Origin: an uncultured bacterium
GTDB taxonomy: Bacteria > Chloroflexota > UBA5177 > JANWHV01
Length of the DNA stretch: 64,000 bases
Assembly (NCBI GenBank): GCA_963729625.1
Contig: CAVSOU010000011.1
Coordinates: 384,001 to 448,000 of the forward strand
Direction: 5' to 3'
The stretch's first letter is position 1. Each line of letters opens with the position of its first letter. Below the pieces are notes generated by a model. That model was not told the DNA's origin and did no database searches. It worked only from the letters and a program-made list of their open reading frames with translations. Of the stretch, positions 31,160 through 41,046 are shown piece by piece. Both the position numbers and the translations under genes were made by a program.

Positions 31160-32581
31160 ATGGAAAAGCGGGAACCATTGATCGTCGATCCTTTCGTTTC
31201 GCGACTGCGCTTTCTGCAGCTCACAGCTGCAGGCATGGCGGGTGCGGCGGTGGCCTCAGCTGGGCTCGGTTCTTTGCCTGCATTCGCCGCCGGCAAGCCC
31301 TACGCCGGGGTCACCCTCAACTTTATTGGTGAGGCGACGACGCAAACCGACGTGATTAAGGCGCTCTTGCCCCAGTTCACGCAGCAAACCGGTATTAGCG
31401 TAAATATCGAAGAAGCTCCGTACGACAGCGTCGTCCAGAAAGAGATCCTCGACTTCACGACGCATCGTGCGTACTACGATGTCGAGTCTATGCCCTATGA
31501 ATATCTAGGCACGTACGTCGACCGCGGGTACATCGTGCCTGTTGATACGTACCTGGCCAACACGGGCTTGACGCCCGCGAGCTTCGACAAAGCAGACATT
31601 ATCAGCAAGCTATGGAACGCGGCTTCGAACTGGAAAGGCAAGTTCTACGGCTTTCCTTCCGAGAGCCCGGTCATGATGATGTTCTACCGGAGCGATCTCT
31701 TCAGCAATCCGATCGAGCAGCGTGCTTTCCATGCTCGCTATGGCTATAACCTTGCTCCGGCCAAGACATGGGCCCAGTATCAGGACATCGCGGCCTTCTT
31801 CACCCGCCAGAAGGGCCAGTCGCTGGCCGGCAAGACCTTGAGCCAGAATTTTTATGGCCTGGCGATGACCGGCAAGCGGCATCTTGCTACGGTGTGCGAG
31901 TGGCTGAACTACGCGTGGTCATTCGGCGGAGGAATTTTTGACCAGCACGGTAACCTCATCCTCAACTCCGCTGCGAACAAGCAGGCGCTCAACTACTGGG
32001 TCGGCCTGACCAAGTTCGCTCCTCCAGGCTACACCACCTATACGTGGGACGAGGTTACTTCTGCGATTCAGCAGAGTACAGTCGCGCAGGCCATCCAGTG
32101 GGGCGACACTGCGTCAGCCGCCGAAGATCCCACGCAATCCAAGGTCACGGGGAAGCTTGGCTTTGCAGACATTCCGGCCATGAAGGCCGGGGGCAAAGTT
32201 GTCGCTCACTACGGCGGGTGGTCGTACGTGATTAACAAGGATTCGGCACATCCCGAGGCGGCCTACCTCTTCATGTTGTGGGCCTCGTCCAAGTCGACGC
32301 AACTTCAGCTGTCGCAGCGTGGAGGCCTGCCTGCCCGCATTTCTGTGTTCAAGGACCCAGCGCTAGGTACCAAGCTGCCATACTGGAATCAGGAGCTGCG
32401 CTCCCTCTCTATCAGTACGTCCCGCCCTCGTATCGCGCAGTGGGGCGAGCTCGCATCCACCCTGCAGCTGACGCTCTCGCAGATATTGAGCCACGAGGTA
32501 TCCGTGGACTCGGGTCTGCAACAGGCGCAAGCGACGCTTTCCAGCCAGCTCAAGAGTGTGTTGCCGGTTTCTTACCAGTAG
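31160..32581 (+). CDS. Carbohydrate ABC transporter (CUT1) substrate-binding protein
   Basis: Tat-like leader SRLRFLQ plus hydrophobic stretch and AFA cleavage site; FTQQTGI, MFYRSDLF, GGWSY; followed by permeases. Confidence 0.9.
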   Translation: MEKREPLIVDPFVSRLRFLQLTAAGMAGAAVASAGLGSLPAFAAGKPYAGVTLNFIGEATTQTDVIKALLPQFTQQTGISVNIEEAPYDSVVQKEILDFTTHRAYYDVESMPYEYLGTYVDRGYIVPVDTYLANTGLTPASFDKADIISKLWNAASNWKGKFYGFPSESPVMMMFYRSDLFSNPIEQRAFHARYGYNLAPAKTWAQYQDIAAFFTRQKGQSLAGKTLSQNFYGLAMTGKRHLATVCEWLNYAWSFGGGIFDQHGNLILNSAANKQALNYWVGLTKFAPPGYTTYTWDEVTSAIQQSTVAQAIQWGDTASAAEDPTQSKVTGKLGFADIPAMKAGGKVVAHYGGWSYVINKDSAHPEAAYLFMLWASSKSTQLQLSQRGGLPARISVFKDPALGTKLPYWNQELRSLSISTSRPRIAQWGELASTLQLTLSQILSHEVSVDSGLQQAQATLSSQLKSVLPVSYQ

Positions 32582-32724
32582 CCATCTTCCCGGGGGCGCC
32601 TCAGACGTACCTGATCGCCCCTGTTCTCGAGTTCGAATGCCTCCCGCCGCCTGGAGATGCTCGGTGACGAGCATCTCCAGGGGCGGGAGGCACGGTAAAT
32701 CGACGATCACCCCATGAGGGCCAA

Positions 32725-33714
32725 ATGGGATACGGGGATAGCAACCTTCGGCAGCCAGGTGACCATGCGCCGTCTGCTGACGGCCCGAGTGCGGTGGCCG
32801 GCACATTTACCGCGCGCCGAACGCGAGTATCGCGCAATCTGCGCACCGCGCTGCTGTTCCAGGTGCCGATGCTGGTGGTTCTGGTCTCGATCACTATCGT
32901 GCCCCTTATTTACGGAGCAAACCTGAGCCTGCGCTCCTATAGCATGGTGCTACCGGACATGACAGGCCAGTGGGTTGGCCTGGCAAACTTCCAGCGCATG
33001 CTCCACGATGGCGATTTCTGGCACTCGCTGGCCTTGACCGCGATCTATGTCGGCGTAGGCGTGTCGATCCAGCTAGTGGCTGGCCTTGCCATGGCCCTGC
33101 TGCTGCATGCTCTGGACGCCGGGCGCGGCATAGTCCTGACGCTGCTCATGCTGCCGATGGTAGTCGCACCGCTTGTCGTCGGCTTGATGTTTAGCTTTCT
33201 CTGCAACGCTCAGTTTGGCCTGCTCACGTGGCTGATACAGATAACGCACCTTCCGTTGCCGCAGGGACTGCTTGGCGATCCGTCCACGGCGCTCCCGGTG
33301 CTGATACTCACGGACATCTGGGAATGGACGCCGTTCATGATCCTGATGTTGCTCGCGGGACTGCAGTCCATGCCGACCGAGCCGTTCGAAGCCGCGCGCT
33401 GTGACGGCGCGGGCAGCTGGGACACGCTGCGGTATCTGACGCTGCCTCTGCTGAAACCGTTCATTATGGTTGCCGTGCTGTTCCGATCCGTCGACGCACT
33501 GAAGGAATTTGACAAGGTCTATATCCTCACCGGCGGCGGTCCAGGGACGGCGACGGACCTGATCGACCTCTTCACCTATCGCACGGCATTTCTGAACTGG
33601 GACATGAGTTATGGGGCTGCACTCGGCATGGTCCTATTCGTGATCTCGATGATTGCAGCCAGTATCTTCCTCTTCGTCTTGCGTCGCCAGGAGCGAGAGA
33701 GTGCCAAGTCATGA
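32725..33714 (+). CDS. Carbohydrate ABC transporter permease
   Basis: WVGLANF, WEWTPF, EAA..DGA EAA loop, LTGGGPG. Confidence 0.93.
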   Translation: MGYGDSNLRQPGDHAPSADGPSAVAGTFTARRTRVSRNLRTALLFQVPMLVVLVSITIVPLIYGANLSLRSYSMVLPDMTGQWVGLANFQRMLHDGDFWHSLALTAIYVGVGVSIQLVAGLAMALLLHALDAGRGIVLTLLMLPMVVAPLVVGLMFSFLCNAQFGLLTWLIQITHLPLPQGLLGDPSTALPVLILTDIWEWTPFMILMLLAGLQSMPTEPFEAARCDGAGSWDTLRYLTLPLLKPFIMVAVLFRSVDALKEFDKVYILTGGGPGTATDLIDLFTYRTAFLNWDMSYGAALGMVLFVISMIAASIFLFVLRRQERESAKS

Positions 33715-34538
33715 AGTCCAATCGTAGGTGGCAGCGCACGCTGATGTATATGGTGGCCTTGGCCTTTACTGTCATTATTCTTGTCCCCTACGCATGGCTG
33801 GTCCTCTCGTCCTTCAAGAACCGCTCTGATGCCTTCTCCATTCCGCCGAAGTTCTTCTTCTCACCAACGCTCGAGAATTACAAGGTCGCGCTCCTTGATA
33901 AGGGATACCTGCACAACGTCTTCAACTCATCCGTCGTTGCATTGGGAGCCACCGCCTGCGCATTGCTCATCGGCGTACCTTCCGCATATGGGTTCGCGCG
34001 TTTCCGGCTACCCGGCAAGCAGATTCTCCTGTTCTATCTGCTGGCGAGTCGCATGTTACCGACCATCGTACTGGCGCTTCCACTGTTCATCTTCTTTGCC
34101 AATGAGAGACTGATCGACACGTATCGGGGAATCATCGTTGCGCACGTCACATTCGATCTCCCGTTCGTAGTGTGGATGATGAAGGGCTTCTTTGATGGTT
34201 TGCCGCAAGAGTTGTATGAAGCGGCAATCATAGACGGCACGAATCAGTTCGGAGCGTTCGTGCGAGTAGCACTGCCCCTGAGCGCTGGGGGTCTGGCGGC
34301 GACGGCGATCTTTTGCATTATCAACTCCTGGAACGAATTCCTGTTCGCCCTTCTGCTGACCGGCAGAAATACGAGCACCTTGCCCGTGATCATTCCGACG
34401 ATGCTCACGCCGTACGGGACGTACTGGGGCCAGATTGCGGCCATGGGGACGGTCACGACAGTACCGGTGCTCATCTTCGCCTTCTCGGTTCAGCGCTATC
34501 TGGTTCGCGGATTGGCCGGGGGCGCCGTCCGCGGGTGA
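33711..34538 (+). CDS. Carbohydrate ABC transporter permease
   Basis: PTLENY, EAAIIDG, SWNEFLFA, QRYLVRGL; ATGA overlap with the preceding gene. Confidence 0.93.
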   Translation: MKSNRRWQRTLMYMVALAFTVIILVPYAWLVLSSFKNRSDAFSIPPKFFFSPTLENYKVALLDKGYLHNVFNSSVVALGATACALLIGVPSAYGFARFRLPGKQILLFYLLASRMLPTIVLALPLFIFFANERLIDTYRGIIVAHVTFDLPFVVWMMKGFFDGLPQELYEAAIIDGTNQFGAFVRVALPLSAGGLAATAIFCIINSWNEFLFALLLTGRNTSTLPVIIPTMLTPYGTYWGQIAAMGTVTTVPVLIFAFSVQRYLVRGLAGGAVRG

Positions 34539-34662
34539 TTGCACTGTGCCGGACCCACGCCGACGTCGGTCGCGCGAAGTCCGCGGCATCTATCCTTAAC
34601 GTGCGCGCCTCAACCGATCGCCTCTGGTTGGTGGCACATGCACCGCACAGATCGGTGCTGGG

Positions 34663-35154
34663 CTACACCGGATCCAGCGTGACCGCGACCGCACCCTTTT
34701 CGGACCTTGGCTTGGCCGATGGGCGGCCTGCCGGCTTCAATGCCTTGACCAGATTGTCGAGGATAGCGCGCGCGGGCGCCGGATCGCTTCGCCGCGCCGG
34801 ATCCAGCTCTACGCGAAGCGTCACACGGTAACCTGACACAAGCAACGATTCGGCGCTCTTCCTGCGATTCTCAAGATCAGCCGCCCCGGTGGCCACGCGA
34901 AGACGGATTTCCTTGATCTCCCCGCGCGCGAGGCGCGCCGCGCGCGAGGCAGCCGCCTGGGTAGCCGCGGCGTCGATCAGTCCAAATCGGGGCGGACTGG
35001 AGCGCTGATCGAGCCGAATCAAGTCGAAGCCGCGCTCCCGCGCAGTCGTGAGCGCAACCGAGGCGTCCACGAAGCCAAGGTCGGTGCCGTCGGCGTCGAA
35101 CAGCCATACCTCGCCATGAAGCGATTTGTCCGCAGGCTTCTGCTGCTTGGCCAC
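34663..35154 (-). CDS. Divergent translation initiation factor IF-3-like protein
   Basis: EVWLFDADGTDLG...A...ARERGFDLI...PP (IF3-N) and IKEIRL...D......FL-like..GYRV (IF3-C); GTG start with GGAGGTG RBS. Confidence 0.75.
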   Translation of the reverse strand: MAKQQKPADKSLHGEVWLFDADGTDLGFVDASVALTTARERGFDLIRLDQRSSPPRFGLIDAAATQAAASRAARLARGEIKEIRLRVATGAADLENRRKSAESLLVSGYRVTLRVELDPARRSDPAPARAILDNLVKALKPAGRPSAKPRSEKGAVAVTLDPV

Positions 35155-35329
35155 TGCGACACCTCCGGTCCTCTGAAGATCTCGGACGTCAAGCCTGCCC
35201 GTTCTCAGGCCAAGGCTGCCACGCTGCCAATGGCTCCGGTCGTGACCTTCAGGGACTACCGCGCCGGCACGACGCACCTGATCACAGCGCGAGCAGCTGA
35301 CGGTGCGCCCGACCGCGCGAGCCGTGATC

Positions 35330-38300
35330 TCAGACGTATTCGTCCCACGGCAGCACGGGCAGTTCGTCGAGGCTATAGTGCGCCAGTGCCTGCACGAACA
35401 GCCGGGCAGCCTGCAGATTGGTGAAGAGCGGGATGTTGTAATCTACCGCTGCCCTCCGGATGGCGTAGTCGTCTTCGAACTGCTTGGTCGCGTACTCGTC
35501 CGTGATGTTGACCAACAAGTCGATCTCGTTCCGCTGGATCACGTTCAGTATGCTGGGGCGCGATCCGGGCGCTCCGGGAAGCTTAATGCTTGTCGCGTGC
35601 GTTGCATGAATCTGGCCGATGGCCGTGAGGGCGGCGGAGATCCTGGCGCCCTGCAGCTGAGACGCCGGAGCTTCGACTTCGTGAATCTTGTAGATGCGAT
35701 CGTTCGGCACGTTGTTTGAAGTCAGGAACGCGCTGGTAAGCCTCGTGGCAAAGATCCGGATGCCAAGACTGCCCAGTGTACGCGCCGAGGCCAGGAAGTC
35801 CCACTTGTTCTTCTCACCGCCGAGGCTGATGAAGACACGCGCTCCGGCGTAGCGCCCGTGGTGGTCAACGCCGTCCCCAATGGGCTCACGTCGCCGCGGA
35901 AGCTTCATTCCAACGGCCAACACCGCCTTCAGGTACGCCTCGTGCAGATCCCGTCCGAACGTGCCAACCTCGCCCGTGGATGCCATCTCCACGCGCACGA
36001 CCGGGTCGGCCCCCTTGAGGCGCGCGAAAGAAAACTGCGGCGCTTTGACGGCCACATGATCCAGGTCGACCGTCTGGAACGGCGCGCCACCGCGCGCCGC
36101 CAGAACGTCCTCGCCCAGCATGGTGCGAATGGCAAGGCTAATGAAGTTCTGCCCGGTCACTTTCGAGACCAGTGGGAAACTGCGGCTTGCCCGCAGGTTG
36201 CACTCGATTACTTGCACGTGGTTGTCTCGCGCGAGGAACTGGATGTTGAACGGCCCAGTTATGTTCAGCTCAGCCGCAATCTTCTTGGTAACCATTTTCA
36301 CCTGGCGAACAGTCTCGAGATACAGGCGCTGGGGCGGGACCATGACGGTGGCATCACCTGAGTGTACGCCGGCGTTTTCAACATGTTCGGACAGCGCATA
36401 GATCACGAGTCGCCCGTTTCCGGCCACCGCGTCAATCTCGATTTCTCGCGCGTTCTCGATGAACTTGCTTATCACGACCGGGTGCTCGGTCGACACGCTT
36501 GCCTCGTGCAAGAACCGATGTAGATGCCCCGCCTCGTAGGCCACGTTCATGGCGCTGCCCGAAAGCACGTATGACGGACGGACAAGGACCGGGTAGCCAA
36601 CTTCATCCGCGAACCGCTCGGCCTCGTCGGGTGTCGACAACTCGGCCCACGGTGGCTGGTCCACTCCCAGAGCATCGAGCAGGGCCGAGAACTTGTTGCG
36701 GTCTTCAGCCCGATCGATGTCGAGCGGGCTAGTGCCGAGCACCTTGATTCCTGCGCCGTGGAGGCGCAGGGCAAGGTTGTTGGGGATCTGCCCGCCGACT
36801 GATAGAACAACCAGCTCAGGCAATTCGGCGTCGAATATGTCGAGCACGCGCTCAAATGAGAGCTCTTCGAAGTACAGCGCATCGCACTCGTCGTAGTCCG
36901 TGGAGACCGTTTCTGGGTTGTGGTTGACCATCAGCGTGCGCCAACCGGCCTCTCGCAGCGTACGCGCTGCACTCACTGTGCACCAGTCGAATTCCACGCT
37001 GGACCCGATCCGGTATGGGCCAGAGCCAAGGATCACCACGGATTTCCGCACGTCGCCATCTTTGCGGGCAGGCGCTCTCGTCTCCTGCGACGTCGCGCCC
37101 TGGTACGTGGTGTACAGATAATTCGTCGCTGCCGGGTATTCGGCCGCAAGTGTGTCGATCTGTTTTACTGCCGGCACGATGCCGGCGCTCTTGCGGTACG
37201 CTCGGATTGCCATTTCATCCAGGGACGCAAGTTGGGCGATCCGCTTGTCCGAGAAGCCGAACGTCTTGGCGTCCCGTAGCAGCTTCGGCGAAAGCTGGTC
37301 TACCGAGGTGCGTGGCTGTTCGCCGATCTCGCGTTCCACCCGGACAATGTTCGCGATGCGGTCGATAAACCACGGATCGATGCGCGTCGCCTCGTGAATG
37401 CGCGCAGTCGAGACTCCGTCCCATAATGCTTGGGCGAGCTGGAACAGGCGGTCAGGCGTAGCCTGCAGGAATAGGGGCGACTTCGGATCCGCGTGCATGC
37501 GGTCCTCCGCGTCGAGCTCGGAGCCGTTGGCCGGAGTGCGGAGACCTTCGAAACCGAAACCGAGCATGCGGCTGGCTTTCTGAAGCGCCTCCTCAAAGGT
37601 GCGGCCAATAGCCATCACCTCGCCGACGCTCTTCATTGCGCTACCCAACGTCTGGTCTACCTTGTTGAACTTGTCCAGGTCCCAGCGAGGGAACTTCACG
37701 ACCACGTAGTCCAGAGCTGGCTCGAAGCACGCACTGGTCGTTTGCGTAACGTGGTTTGGCAGGTCCGGCAGCGCATGGCCGAGCGCCAGCTTGGCCGCGA
37801 TCCAGGCAAGCGGGTAGCCGGTGGCCTTGCTGGCAAGAGCTGAGCTCCGTGATAGGCGGGCATTGACTTCGATCACCCGATAGTTGATCCGTGGCCTGCT
37901 GTCGTCGGTATCGAAGGTTGGGCAGGGATCGAGCGCGAACTGAATGTTGCATTCACCCACCACGCCAAGGTGCCGGATGGTCCGAATGGCAACACTTCGC
38001 AGAACATGGTATTCCTCGTTGGACAGAGTCTGGGACGGCGCAACCACGATGCTCTCACCCGTGTGGATGCCCATCGGATCGACGTTCTCCATGTTGCAGA
38101 CGACAATGCAGTTGTCCGCGCTGTCGCGCACGACCTCGTATTCAAGCTCCTTCCAACCGGCGAGGTACTCCTCGATCAGCACCTGGCGGCGGATCATGCG
38201 GCTCGCCCCGGGTGCCCCAACCCTTCCGGCGACGTCGCCCTGCGACTCACCTCCTGGCAACCGGGCAAAAGCAATGGCTGCCAGTGTCGCAAGCTCCTCC

Positions 38301-38857
38301 GGTCCGGCAGCGCGGCCGGAGCCTTCACCGCCAAGCGCGAAACCGGCGCGGAGGATGACTGGGTAGCCAACAGAGGCAGCGACCTCCAGCGCCTCTTCCA
38401 CAGTCTGAGCAACTTGGCTTCGCGGTGTGAAAACGCCGATCTCGTTCAGACGGCGAACGAAGCGCTCGCGATCTTCAGTATCACGGATAGTCTCGATCGG
38501 GGTGCCAAGCACCCGCACGCCGTAGCGGTCGAGCACGCCACGCTCAGCCAGGGCCAGGCCGCAGTTGAGCGCGGTTTGCCCACCCGAGGAGAGCATGATT
38601 GCGTCCGGCCGCTCGCGCTCGATCACGCGCTCAACGAAGTGTGGGTCCACCGGCACGAAGTATACGCGGTCGGCGAATTTCTCGCTCGTCTGCACCGTGG
38701 CAATGTTGGGATTGACGAGAACGACGCGAATACCTTCTTCCTTCAGAGCCTTCACTGCCTGCGATCCTGAATAGTCGAACTCGCCGGCCTCGCCAATTTT
38801 CAACGCACCGCTTCCAAGCAGTAGCACGGTAGCAGGTGTCGAGGGACTCTCAGACAT
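35330..38857 (-). CDS. carB: Carbamoyl-phosphate synthase large subunit
   Basis: GEFDYSGSQA, GGQTALN, GWKELEYE, GIHTGES, EVNARLSRSSALASKATGYP, GVHSGDA, C-terminal MGS domain. Confidence 0.97.
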   Translation of the reverse strand: MSESPSTPATVLLLGSGALKIGEAGEFDYSGSQAVKALKEEGIRVVLVNPNIATVQTSEKFADRVYFVPVDPHFVERVIERERPDAIMLSSGGQTALNCGLALAERGVLDRYGVRVLGTPIETIRDTEDRERFVRRLNEIGVFTPRSQVAQTVEEALEVAASVGYPVILRAGFALGGEGSGRAAGPEELATLAAIAFARLPGGESQGDVAGRVGAPGASRMIRRQVLIEEYLAGWKELEYEVVRDSADNCIVVCNMENVDPMGIHTGESIVVAPSQTLSNEEYHVLRSVAIRTIRHLGVVGECNIQFALDPCPTFDTDDSRPRINYRVIEVNARLSRSSALASKATGYPLAWIAAKLALGHALPDLPNHVTQTTSACFEPALDYVVVKFPRWDLDKFNKVDQTLGSAMKSVGEVMAIGRTFEEALQKASRMLGFGFEGLRTPANGSELDAEDRMHADPKSPLFLQATPDRLFQLAQALWDGVSTARIHEATRIDPWFIDRIANIVRVEREIGEQPRTSVDQLSPKLLRDAKTFGFSDKRIAQLASLDEMAIRAYRKSAGIVPAVKQIDTLAAEYPAATNYLYTTYQGATSQETRAPARKDGDVRKSVVILGSGPYRIGSSVEFDWCTVSAARTLREAGWRTLMVNHNPETVSTDYDECDALYFEELSFERVLDIFDAELPELVVLSVGGQIPNNLALRLHGAGIKVLGTSPLDIDRAEDRNKFSALLDALGVDQPPWAELSTPDEAERFADEVGYPVLVRPSYVLSGSAMNVAYEAGHLHRFLHEASVSTEHPVVISKFIENAREIEIDAVAGNGRLVIYALSEHVENAGVHSGDATVMVPPQRLYLETVRQVKMVTKKIAAELNITGPFNIQFLARDNHVQVIECNLRASRSFPLVSKVTGQNFISLAIRTMLGEDVLAARGGAPFQTVDLDHVAVKAPQFSFARLKGADPVVRVEMASTGEVGTFGRDLHEAYLKAVLAVGMKLPRRREPIGDGVDHHGRYAGARVFISLGGEKNKWDFLASARTLGSLGIRIFATRLTSAFLTSNNVPNDRIYKIHEVEAPASQLQGARISAALTAIGQIHATHATSIKLPGAPGSRPSILNVIQRNEIDLLVNITDEYATKQFEDDYAIRRAAVDYNIPLFTNLQAARLFVQALAHYSLDELPVLPWDEYV

Positions 38858-39285
38858 TCAGGCGTGCCCCCATTCAAGGCGTGCAAGGACTGCGGTCAAG
38901 CGTCGAGTGGAATTGTTCATCCGCTATGGTATAGGAATCGCCCGGCATCGCCCAGTTCGCTGAGATCATCGGCACATTTTGGACAAAACATGCGCATGCA
39001 GACCATCCCCGCACTGACCGAGCGTGCTGTATCTCGCCGCTCGGGCCTTGGAAAATTGTCGACGTTCAGGTGTTGTTGTGTCGTCCGGGCAGCGAACGGA
39101 CACCGCATTGTCGGTGAGGCGAACACGCAGGTGGCTGGAGGGCCGATCGGCCAGACGACAGTATAGACCGTTCCGTTGCACGTGCGCGACGGACTGAGAC
39201 ACCTCGCGCAGTTCGTGCTATCATGCCGAACCGAACCTCCATCGGCGTGGCCCGGAAGCTGGATAAGCAAGTGAGGACGTCGGAA

Positions 39286-40812
39286 GTGAATGCAACAAGG
39301 ACTGGCACGAGCGCGTTCGGCGGGCCAATAGTCCTGACCATAGACGTCGGCACGTCGTCCGTACGGGCCATGCTTTTCGATGGCACGGGTGCGCCTCTTC
39401 CCGACATGGAGGTGCAACGCACGCATCAGATGACAAGCACGGCGGACGGCGGGGTGGAGACCGATGCGCGCGAATTGTTCGATCGGGTAGCTGCATGCAT
39501 TGACGGTCTGCTGGAGCGCGCAGGCGCTCTTGCATACCATGTCGAGGCCGTGGCTCCCACCACCTTCTGGCACAGCCTGATCGGCGTTTCAACGAACGGG
39601 GCGCCGGCGACACCCGTGCTCACCTGGGCCGACACGCGCGCGACTGCGGCAGCCGAGGAATTGCGGAACGAGCTCGACCAGAGCGCGGTCCATGCGCGCA
39701 CGGGCTGTAGAATCCACCCAACGTACTGGCCGGCAAAGATACGCTGGCTGCAGTCCGGCGAACATGGTTGGAGGCGACGGACGATCCGGGCTACTCGGTG
39801 GCTATCGTTTGCCGAATACATGACACTTCGCGTGTTTGGATCGCCCCGCTGCAGTATCTCCATGGCCTCAGGCACGGGTTTGCTCGACCAGCACTCGTGC
39901 TGTTGGGACAACGACATACTGCGCGCGATACCGATAGAGTCCGGGGTGCTGTCCGAGCTAAGCGATACTCCGAGCACGGGAATGCTCCCCGAGTTTGCCA
40001 CGCGCTGGCCTGCACTGGCTAAGGCGCCCTGGTTTCCCGGGTGGGGCGACGGAGCGACCAGCAATGTAGGCAGCGGTTGCGTGACAAAGCGGCAGATCGC
40101 CGTGATGGTCGGCACGTCGGCGGCGATGCGTGCGGTATGGCCGGCTCGGCAGATCGTGATTCCGCGCCAACTATGGTGCTATCGCGCCGATGCATCGCGC
40201 GTGGTCATGGGCGGGGCGTTGAGCGAAGGCGGCAATCTTGTGGATTGGCTGCGCGCCACGCTGCGCCTGCCCGACGATGCCGGAGCGGCTGAGAAGCTCA
40301 TCGAACACATGTCGCCGGACGAGTCCGGACTCACGATGCTTCCGTTCCTGGCGGGCGAGCGCAGTCCCGGCTGGCACGCCGATGCGCGAGCAGTGTTCAG
40401 CGGTCTCAGCTTGCACACCAGCCCTGCCCAGATCTATCGTGCCGGGCACGAGGCTATTGCCTACCGCTTTGCACTCATCTACGCGGCTCTGCGGAGCGAG
40501 GTAAAGAGCCGCGCGCGCGTGATTGCCAGCGGCGGCGGCATCCTGCATTCACCAACATGGATGCAGATGATGGCCGACGTACTGCGCACGCCGGTGACTG
40601 CCTCTGCCGCACGCGAGGCGTCGAGCCGCGGGGCGGCATTGCTTGCGCTGGAGGCGATAGGCGTCATTTCCGACATCAGCGCTCTCGATGCGCCGTTCGG
40701 CGTAACCTTCGCGCCGGACGCCGCGCGAGGACGGCGGTACGGGCAAGCGGCAAAGCGTCAGTATGCGCTTTACGACCTGCTGTTAGGCGCGAGCGATCAC
40801 TCCGAAGCATAG
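39286..40812 (+). CDS. gntK: Gluconokinase (FGGY carbohydrate kinase family)
   Basis: IDVGTSSVRA, WHSL, WADTR, SMASGTGL, GDGA..N.GSG, PFLAGERSPGW; upstream of zwf. Confidence 0.8.
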   Translation: MNATRTGTSAFGGPIVLTIDVGTSSVRAMLFDGTGAPLPDMEVQRTHQMTSTADGGVETDARELFDRVAACIDGLLERAGALAYHVEAVAPTTFWHSLIGVSTNGAPATPVLTWADTRATAAAEELRNELDQSAVHARTGCRIHPTYWPAKIRWLQSGEHGWRRRTIRATRWLSFAEYMTLRVFGSPRCSISMASGTGLLDQHSCCWDNDILRAIPIESGVLSELSDTPSTGMLPEFATRWPALAKAPWFPGWGDGATSNVGSGCVTKRQIAVMVGTSAAMRAVWPARQIVIPRQLWCYRADASRVVMGGALSEGGNLVDWLRATLRLPDDAGAAEKLIEHMSPDESGLTMLPFLAGERSPGWHADARAVFSGLSLHTSPAQIYRAGHEAIAYRFALIYAALRSEVKSRARVIASGGGILHSPTWMQMMADVLRTPVTASAAREASSRGAALLALEAIGVISDISALDAPFGVTFAPDAARGRRYGQAAKRQYALYDLLLGASDHSEA

Positions 40813-41046
40813 GCGGGCCAGTGCTCACCGTCCTGTGGTCTGACCGACATGCACGGTACCATAGAGGAAGTGGCACATGGACGCGCGTATCGCGCGGCCT
40901 GAATTGTGGAACGACTAAGATGCCCAGCTTTCGGCCCGAGGCCCACGGTGTCGAGACCGGTGTTGCCTGGCGCACCAGCCGGATAGCTCCGACAGCGGGC
41001 GGCCGGCAACGGCGTGTGTGGCTTTGAGGGCTACGGGAGGTCCGTG

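Noticed and set aside
38905-38925. ARG box upstream of carB
   Set aside because: Only a half-site resemblance (ATGAACAATT); no second box
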